A stretch of DNA of 64,000 bases from an uncultured virus (IMG/VR IMGVR_UViG_3300020471_001437) (lineage: Duplodnaviria; Heunggongvirae; Uroviricota; Caudoviricetes): IMG/VR virus record IMGVR_UViG_3300020471_001437. One strand, given 5' to 3'. The position numbers and the translations under genes were made by a program. This document shows positions 57,942 to 64,000 of the stretch, piece after piece (positions within the stretch are counted from its first letter, which is position 1; the number at the start of each line of letters is the position of its first letter). Under the pieces are notes generated by a model that did not search any database, was not told the origin of the DNA, and saw only the letters and a program-made list of their open reading frames with translations.

Positions 57942-58219
57942 GTGAGTGGTATGGTGATGTTAACGTAACCCCATTCGACGCTTGGTCATTCGTTCACTTA
58001 GCAAGCGGCGTTGTGGCGGCTTCTTTGAAAACTACACTACCTACTTTCATTATACTCCACACGTTGTTTGAATTGATTGAAAACACAGAAGAAGTATCGG
58101 GTTTGATGAAACAGGTTGGCTTTGACAGGCGGAGGATGGACACCCCTGCAAACATGTTAGGCGACACTGTCGCCGCAGGCATTGGCTGGGCAATAGGCAA
58201 TTCTCAATACAAAAGGTGA
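57938..58219 (+). CDS. Small membrane protein (DUF2585-like)
   Basis: DAWSFVH...FELIEN...DTPANMLGD pattern. Confidence 0.6.
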   Translation: MSEWYGDVNVTPFDAWSFVHLASGVVAASLKTTLPTFIILHTLFELIENTEEVSGLMKQVGFDRRRMDTPANMLGDTVAAGIGWAIGNSQYKR

Positions 58220-58223
58220 TTGA

Positions 58224-58682
58224 ATGAAGTATGTTGGTAAAGACGGTACTCCTGTATTCTACCTCTCGGACGAAGACTTCAATCAGAAGTTGAATGAGTA
58301 TCTGAAAGACATCCCAAAGGAACAATGGCCCCGATACATGCAAGAAAGACCGCTGTACATATACAGGACGACAGGGATAGGCTACTACCCAAATGGAATG
58401 GCTACTTCTGAAGGAGAAATATACATCAGATACCGTGCACGCGGAGACCCTGAATTGTTGGCTCATGAGTACGGACATGTCCTCGGTCTCGGCCATACAG
58501 ATAATTTCACAACCATGAATCCTGTGGGTCACAAGCGGTTTGGAGACCCGCACAATTTGATTCCAAAGACAAAGGCGAATTTTCCCGAAATATGGCGGAA
58601 GCATATTCACCCCCACGAAGCATACCGGCACACGCTGATAGGGGGCCTCGGCCTCATGACGGCGTGGGCGTGGTTTGCGTGA
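58224..58682 (+). CDS. Membrane-anchored metzincin (matrixin-like) zinc protease
   Basis: HEYGHVLGLGH plus Met-turn TTM; C-terminal TM. Confidence 0.85.
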   Translation: MKYVGKDGTPVFYLSDEDFNQKLNEYLKDIPKEQWPRYMQERPLYIYRTTGIGYYPNGMATSEGEIYIRYRARGDPELLAHEYGHVLGLGHTDNFTTMNPVGHKRFGDPHNLIPKTKANFPEIWRKHIHPHEAYRHTLIGGLGLMTAWAWFA

Positions 58683-59398
58683 ACGATGGAAAAGAGTTGT
58701 CGAAAGCATTCTTGAGCGACATAGCAAAGAGACATTCAACCATTATTGGAATGACTCGTTCGGGCAAGACATACCTGTGCAAGCACATTCTTGAGGAACT
58801 TCACAATATGAATGTGCATACTGTATTCTATGACCCTAAGCATGATGATGATTATTCGTCACTTGGTACAATATGCACCACACCAATGCAATTCTATGCA
58901 CAATTGATTGCAAAGAACCCAAGGATAGTTTACCGGCCTCCCGGTACCAAAGAAGGTAGACAAAAAGACCTTACAGAGATTATCGACCTCATATTCAATG
59001 CGCAGAAGAATAAGAAATTCAAGAACATCAAACGAGTCATCGCTATTGACGAGATACAACTAATGGTGAAGAAAGGCGGGCACGATGGTATTGAAAAACT
59101 GTGGACTGTCGGTGCGGGTCAAGGTATTGTAGGTCTCGCGATTACCCAAAGAGTACAGTTGCTCAACGAGACGGTATGGTCGCAATCTGAAAACAAGATA
59201 TTGTTCAAAGTAGAAGACAGACCCGAGTATCTACGTAGTCGTAACCTTGTTCACTTCGCTGACCTGCGTGAGTTCTTCATTGACATTGCGCACAAGTATT
59301 GGTTCTACTATACGACAGGCGGAGGAGATTGGTATCGTCACCCACCTGTTCGCGGAAAGCCCAAGTACACCGGACCTCTCCGCTTGAAGCGAGCGTAA
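58679..59398 (+). CDS. FtsK/HerA-superfamily ATPase, probable genome packaging ATPase
   Basis: Walker A GMTRSGKT, YDPK, Walker B IAIDE and ITQR motif; about 240 aa stand-alone; GTG start overlapping upstream stop. Confidence 0.8.
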   Translation: MNDGKELSKAFLSDIAKRHSTIIGMTRSGKTYLCKHILEELHNMNVHTVFYDPKHDDDYSSLGTICTTPMQFYAQLIAKNPRIVYRPPGTKEGRQKDLTEIIDLIFNAQKNKKFKNIKRVIAIDEIQLMVKKGGHDGIEKLWTVGAGQGIVGLAITQRVQLLNETVWSQSENKILFKVEDRPEYLRSRNLVHFADLREFFIDIAHKYWFYYTTGGGDWYRHPPVRGKPKYTGPLRLKRA

Positions 59399-59994
59399 TG
59401 TTGTTGGTCACCGTCCCACATGGTAAGAGAGAGGCTTCTGAAAACCATGATGAAGGCGCAATACGAATGATTCCTCATCTTGCAAAGGAGTTAGACAACT
59501 ACGGCGTCCCTCATACTATACATGTAGGAGATGACAATTACCGTGGCATCATCGACCTCAATAGAGCAGAATCCCGTCATACTGAATACGCAAAGGAGTT
59601 TGTTCGACTATTACAGGAAAACGATTTGCACATTGATTTGCACTCTTACCCCTATGTTGGTGAAGAAGAAGCAGAACAAGACGCATTTACTGTGTTAGGT
59701 GATGACCTACGTGAGTGGTCACGTTCTGATGTAGTATTCCTTACTATACCAAAGATAACAGAACCTATGTTCGCAGAAGCAATGTTATCTGCTACCGAAA
59801 AATATGTAGTTGTAGACGACATCGAAGGAGGTCTTTCCAACTACCTTACTGTTTTTGCAAACATCATCATGGACGTCCCGTCCGTCCTTCTTGAGTTGAA
59901 TGAGGGTTCATCGGAGGCATACCCCCTTGTTGCAAAGGCGGTTGCGGAGGGCGTTGCTGTCCACCTTGGTTTGCTTGAACCTGCTGACGCATGA
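59398..59994 (+). CDS. Zn-carboxypeptidase/N-formylglutamate amidohydrolase-fold hydrolase
   Basis: VTVPHG...HD...DLNR...IDLHSY...LLE. Confidence 0.65.
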   Translation: MLLVTVPHGKREASENHDEGAIRMIPHLAKELDNYGVPHTIHVGDDNYRGIIDLNRAESRHTEYAKEFVRLLQENDLHIDLHSYPYVGEEEAEQDAFTVLGDDLREWSRSDVVFLTIPKITEPMFAEAMLSATEKYVVVDDIEGGLSNYLTVFANIIMDVPSVLLELNEGSSEAYPLVAKAVAEGVAVHLGLLEPADA

Positions 59995-60118
59995 CCTGTG
60001 CGATGCACATATTGATGCCAGCAGACCTCGATGGCCACCATCTCATACGTATACCATGTTCAATGAAATCGAATACATCACGGTCCAATGTGATGCTTAC
60101 TTTTTCCTTTGAGGCCAT
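59867..60118 (-). CDS. Ribbon-helix-helix transcription regulator
   Basis: KEKVSITLDRDVFDFIE...SRSAGIN; Q/P-rich tail overlaps the neighbouring gene. Confidence 0.6.
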   Translation of the reverse strand: MASKEKVSITLDRDVFDFIEHGIRMRWWPSRSAGINMCIAQVMRQQVQANQGGQQRPPQPPLQQGGMPPMNPHSTQEGRTGRP

Positions 60119-60282
60119 CTCACGTTGTGGATGTCGAGGCCCCGCCATAAGCCTCCCACGATAGCGGTGGACTTCATACTTCCCCTTTGTGACCTACCGA
60201 TATGATTTATCCTACTCTATCCTACTCCATCTCACCACCCTTCATATGTGTATGCGCATTCGGATACGCCAAGGCGACCACA

Positions 60283-61374
60283 ATGGCACTGAATGAAGTC
60301 ATCATCGTAAATCCTTCAAAGAAGCGAAAGAAGACTACACGTAGCCGTAAATCGTCCCGAAAAACAGGAGTGAAAAATATGGCTCGAAGAAAAGCATCAA
60401 GACGAAAGACAGTGGCTCGACGTAAGTCGCCAGCCCGTAGAAAGACCACGACTCGCCGACGCAAGTCAACGACACGCCGCCGCAAATCACCTGCGCGCCG
60501 CAAGTCAACGACTCGTCGCCGCAAGTCAACGACTCGCCGCCGCAAGTCACCTGCACGCCGCAGGTCCACGACTCGCCGCCGCAAGTCCACGACTCGCCGC
60601 CGCAAGTCACCTGCACGTAGGAAGACTACTCGCCGCCGCAAGACTACTCGCCGCCGCAAGTCACCTGCACGCCGCCGCAAGACTACTCGCCGCCGCAAAT
60701 CAACACGCCGCCGCAAGTCACCAGCACGCCGCCGCACAACACGCCGCCGCAAATCCGGTGGTCGCCGCCGCCGCGTTTCTCGCCGCCGCACAGTTGCACG
60801 CCGCCGCTCATCCGGTGGTTCCCGCAAATTCAACTTCAAGAACATCAGCAGTTTCGTAACTGACAAAATGACTGCTCTTGAAGCGATTGGTGCAGTCAGC
60901 ATCGGTCTTGTCAGCGGTCTAATGCTACCACAGTACGTCCAGCGCGGACTTGCTAAGGTAGGAGTTCCAAGCAAGTACACCAATTGGATGACCTCCGGAC
61001 AATACACCCCATACCTTGCGGGTGCATTGACCACAAGCGTCGCCGCTTTCGGTCTGTACAGCCTAAAGTTCGTTAACATGGAAACTGCAAGTGCAATCGC
61101 TGTAACAGGTGTTGCAATCAACGCACTAAACCTGTTGGCTAACAAAGGTCCATTCGCTAAATACCTTCCAGCAGTTGGAATGAGTGCAAGCCTATCCGGC
61201 TACGGTGGCTACGGTTACCTTGGAGCAGGACACGAAGGCTACCACATGAGCGGTCACATGGACATGGTTGGCATGGGTGGACAACACGACGACGGAATGT
61301 TCGGCGTTCACCAAGGCTACGGCAACTCCAACAGCAACATGTTCGGCTCAAGCCGTGAGATGAACTTCTACTGA
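60283..61374 (+). CDS. Protamine-like Arg-rich DNA-condensing protein fused to a membrane domain
   Basis: RRKSPARRK(S)TT repeats followed by hydrophobic helices and a Gly-rich tail; second in-frame ATG at 60379 with GGAGTGA RBS. Confidence 0.8.
   Translation: MALNEVIIVNPSKKRKKTTRSRKSSRKTGVKNMARRKASRRKTVARRKSPARRKTTTRRRKSTTRRRKSPARRKSTTRRRKSTTRRRKSPARRRSTTRRRKSTTRRRKSPARRKTTRRRKTTRRRKSPARRRKTTRRRKSTRRRKSPARRRTTRRRKSGGRRRRVSRRRTVARRRSSGGSRKFNFKNISSFVTDKMTALEAIGAVSIGLVSGLMLPQYVQRGLAKVGVPSKYTNWMTSGQYTPYLAGALTTSVAAFGLYSLKFVNMETASAIAVTGVAINALNLLANKGPFAKYLPAVGMSASLSGYGGYGYLGAGHEGYHMSGHMDMVGMGGQHDDGMFGVHQGYGNSNSNMFGSSREMNFY
60418..60810 (+). repeat. Degenerate coding tandem repeat (CGCCGCAAGTC... 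units)
   Basis: Repeated CGC-CGC-CGC-AAG-TCA/TCC-CCT/ACG units. Confidence 0.9.
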
Positions 61375-61394
61375 AGTCCAACATACACTCCGCC

Positions 61395-61429
61395 GGTTCG
61401 GGGCGGGTCTTTCGGGGCCCGCCCTAACC
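61395..61429 (+). other. Strong GC hairpin with UUCG tetraloop after the core-protein gene
   Basis: GGGCGGGTCT-TTCG-GGGCCCGCCC, extended by GGTT/AACC; no T-run. Confidence 0.65.
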
Positions 61430-61460
61430 CAGCGGTCGTGACACGGTGGTGAGAAGAAAT

Positions 61461-61646
61461 ATGGAGACAGGCGGAAGCGTTGCATACCACGCAATAGCGG
61501 GTTTGCTATCAGCCGGTCTCTTTATGCTTGTCACCAAGAAAGGGTACAGTGAGGGCTTCAAGTCAACGAAGACCCTTGGAACATTGATGGCTCCCGCTAT
61601 TGGTGGTGCGCTGATAGGGTACGCTCGAACTCGTAACGATGGTTAA
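61461..61646 (+). CDS. Small two-TM membrane protein
   Basis: GGTGA RBS; two hydrophobic helices. Confidence 0.6.
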   Translation: METGGSVAYHAIAGLLSAGLFMLVTKKGYSEGFKSTKTLGTLMAPAIGGALIGYARTRNDG

Positions 61647-62120
61647 ACATTGACGACTTCGAACACCTTTACGCCGCACACCCGGCAGAATCCCGTGTAT
61701 AGGCACACAAAGCCGCCATTGCGGCAGATGTAACACTCCACGTCTGCTTGTTGATGTCTGTATACTGTGCTCTGCACGTTCTACCGCAACCAATTATTAC
61801 ATTTGTACGTTACGTACGTTTGTGTACGAATAAGGTCAATGTTCCGTTTTAGGTGCTCTGACAAAAATGAGGAACAACACGACAGGGAAACATATCGAGA
61901 GAAGAATGTCTTCTGTTACGTGATGTATGGCCATACCCATGAATACAAGGACAGAGAAAACGATTGTCAATCCGAGTAATAGATGTGGTATGTAGAACTC
62001 TTTCTTTTCTTCCATTTACTTCACAACCTGCTTCTGTTGAAATCAATGTTAGTGCTCAAGTTACACGCACATACGCGCGCGCGTGTGTAGTAATACTCCC
62101 CACACCTGTTACACTTATCA

Positions 62121-62309
62121 TCAGAATTCATTCAATCGCCTCTTATCGGGCTCAACTAACTGACCCGTGACGCGCATCTTAGCAGACACTCGTACATAAT
62201 TGGCGACTGTCTCTCCACGACGTTCTGCTTCTGCTTGAAGTAGTTTCATCAGGTCAGGGTCAACCCTAACCCCAATGGTGTGGACTTTCCGCGCATCGCC
62301 GTCTGCCAT
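62121..62309 (-). CDS. CopG-like ribbon-helix-helix regulator
   Basis: TIGVRVDPDLMKLLQAEAERRGETVANYVR. Confidence 0.75.
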   Translation of the reverse strand: MADGDARKVHTIGVRVDPDLMKLLQAEAERRGETVANYVRVSAKMRVTGQLVEPDKRRLNEF

Positions 62310-62475
62310 GATACCCTGACGCTTCGAGAAGGCTATGAGGCTACCGCTTGGTTTCACTTTGTTTAACAAAGATTCACATGTGTATTCGTATTCGAGCGTC
62401 CATTCATATACCAATGGTACATCCCACAGTTTGCCCCAACAACAAGGGCACTGAAAAAATAGGAGACTGAAAAAA

Positions 62476-63090
62476 ATGGAACTACGACCATACTACGATA
62501 GACCTACGGCCGTTATCAGCGATTACCTCGCTCGTATCGACCAAAAGGTGAGAGCGAACTACCCTCATTGGGGTTACGAAAACAAAGGCGTTTGGCCGAA
62601 AGGCGAATACGGAAAGGGTATTCTACGCGCAGACCAATTCTCATTATTGGGAACTTTTGGTCAGTGGCTTATCCCTTCTTCCGGAGCAAACGGTAACTCA
62701 ACAACCATCAGCGTTGACTCATTCGGTTGGGCACAGCGCACACTTGACTTCAAAACTCTTGAAGAATTCTACTACTTGCTAATGGGAATTCAATACCCTG
62801 TGACACCTCTTTTGGTGACAGAACACCAATGGAGAATTTCCGGTATCGAGACTCCGGTCATCGACCAGCAAATCTTCGAGGTACTTGAGGAACCATTCGT
62901 ATGGTACGAAGAGCCAATCGTAATCGAACCTGAAAAGACCGTTGTCTGTGCACACCGTGTCGTTGGTGGACTTTCCAACTTCGGAAACAGCACCATCGCA
63001 GGTGGAGAGAAATGGCGTGTTATCGGCAGTGTAGTCGGTCAGCACCACGAATTGATTCAACAGAGACAATCCATTGGAGAGTTGTCCTGA
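62476..63090 (+). CDS. Putative capsid protein (possible single jelly-roll)
   Basis: AGGAG RBS; 204 aa, beta-rich; YEEPIVIEP...IGSVVG ending; near packaging ATPase and core protein. Fold not verified. Confidence 0.45.
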   Translation: MELRPYYDRPTAVISDYLARIDQKVRANYPHWGYENKGVWPKGEYGKGILRADQFSLLGTFGQWLIPSSGANGNSTTISVDSFGWAQRTLDFKTLEEFYYLLMGIQYPVTPLLVTEHQWRISGIETPVIDQQIFEVLEEPFVWYEEPIVIEPEKTVVCAHRVVGGLSNFGNSTIAGGEKWRVIGSVVGQHHELIQQRQSIGELS

Positions 63091-63125
63091 TACCCTTTGG
63101 TATTCAGTAACAGGAGGAATCTAAA

Positions 63126-63824
63126 ATGGGAGCAATTGGAGGATTGGACGTCGCTTACGGTGCGTCCGCACAAATCATACAGACGAATGTACTCATTGTT
63201 GATAACACAGGCGAAACAGCCGGAGACGTCAATCCTGACGACATGGCTAACTTTTTGACACTATACAACCACCACGTAGTGAATCTTGCAAGCGGACGTT
63301 CAGTCCTTGAAGCAGACTTCATTTGCGCCGCTGTCGGTCCAACCGGTAGCACCGGTCAAGTGTCTCACCGCAATGTGCTTGAAGCAAACATTTCAGCAAT
63401 CACCGAAATCCCTGTGGCTGGTGCTGGTGCCGGAGACGGTACCGGATTGACCGGTGTCACACCTGTTTCAATCATCGCTTGCGGTGCTTGTGAGTTTACA
63501 GGTGGAAACGCCCTCAACGCCGCTACTGCTGGGGACTTACTCGGTGGAACAGGTGGATACGTCTCACAACTAAACGGAGACTTACTCGCTAACAACATCG
63601 GTACAGTCGGAAAAGAACACATGTTGCCTGTCGGCGACTTGTTGACTGACACACTCGGATTATTGACTAACGCAACCAACTTGAACCAAGCGAGCCTTGC
63701 AACAGGCACCTTCGTCGAGAAAGGTAACGCAACAGGCGCAACGCCAACGGCTATGAGCGACTTGACCGTGGGGGCTAACTCCATCGGACTTGCCACCATC
63801 ACCGCGCTTTGCTACAATATCTGA
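63126..63824 (+). CDS. Gly/Ala/Thr-rich putative structural protein
   Basis: AGGAGG RBS; small-residue-rich; follows the putative capsid gene. Confidence 0.55.
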   Translation: MGAIGGLDVAYGASAQIIQTNVLIVDNTGETAGDVNPDDMANFLTLYNHHVVNLASGRSVLEADFICAAVGPTGSTGQVSHRNVLEANISAITEIPVAGAGAGDGTGLTGVTPVSIIACGACEFTGGNALNAATAGDLLGGTGGYVSQLNGDLLANNIGTVGKEHMLPVGDLLTDTLGLLTNATNLNQASLATGTFVEKGNATGATPTAMSDLTVGANSIGLATITALCYNI

Positions 63825-64000
63825 TTGTATCAGGACATTCGGCATCTGTATGCCCTTTGACGGGCAGACGTGGCAGTGAACGCTGTATAGCGTGAGCCAC
63901 GTCTGTCGGTTAACGGCTAAGTCGATGTGACCGGATAGGATTATATCCGCATACACATTCGGCTGACACAGGGCCGTACGGTCCACACCCACACAGAAAG

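Noticed and set aside
60222..61145. 307 aa antisense Arg-rich ORF
   Set aside because: Shadow of the CGC-repeat coding strand; the + strand has the RBS, TM domain and downstream hairpin.
1..64000. tRNA/rRNA genes, DNA polymerase, terminase, and the many short overlapping ORFs
   Set aside because: None was recognisable by eye (a tRNAscan/HMM run is needed to exclude them). The short opposite-strand or out-of-frame ORFs lie within better-supported genes.
63825..64000. Possible structured ncRNA at the window end
   Set aside because: Truncated by the window edge, and no convincing fold or family could be supported.

Overview
This 64 kb window looks like part of a large archaeal dsDNA virus genome, probably tailless and membrane-containing. 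Archaeal signs are the PriS-like primases, MCM, a TFB-like protein and GAGGTGA/GGAG ribosome-binding sites; a Thermoplasmatota/Poseidoniales-like host is only a guess. All family calls come from motif recognition by eye, with no database search. (1) 1-12.35 kb, + strand: an accessory/early cluster. It encodes a nuclease-less IS110/Nop-domain protein (TasA-like, 4361-5392) and 15 guide-like stem-loop units, each stem-CA-[9 nt]-loop-CA-[9 nt]-stem. The units are scattered singly or in pairs between genes, forming a dispersed TIGR-Tas-like system. Nearly every gene and guide is delimited by a 'hairpin + RYAG' punctuation mark, and 18 of 21 genes start at or 1 nt after it with no Shine-Dalgarno (SD) site. 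(2) 12.36-18.9 kb, - strand: a replication module with PriS, MCM, a putative origin and an aspartic protease. (3) 19-36.6 kb: a TFB-like gene, RusA, a transglutaminase-like protease and putative virion/membrane proteins with recurring Gly motifs. (4) 36.6-58 kb: giant mosaic proteins (HAD, Nudix, YbjQ, primase-ligase, JAB, HD, guanylate-kinase-like, DUF3140-like, MazG-like) whose domains are separated by a recurring Asn-Pro motif. (5) 58-64 kb: an FtsK/HerA-type packaging ATPase, a protamine-like protein fused to a membrane domain, ribbon-helix-helix (RHH) regulators and a possible jelly-roll capsid protein.
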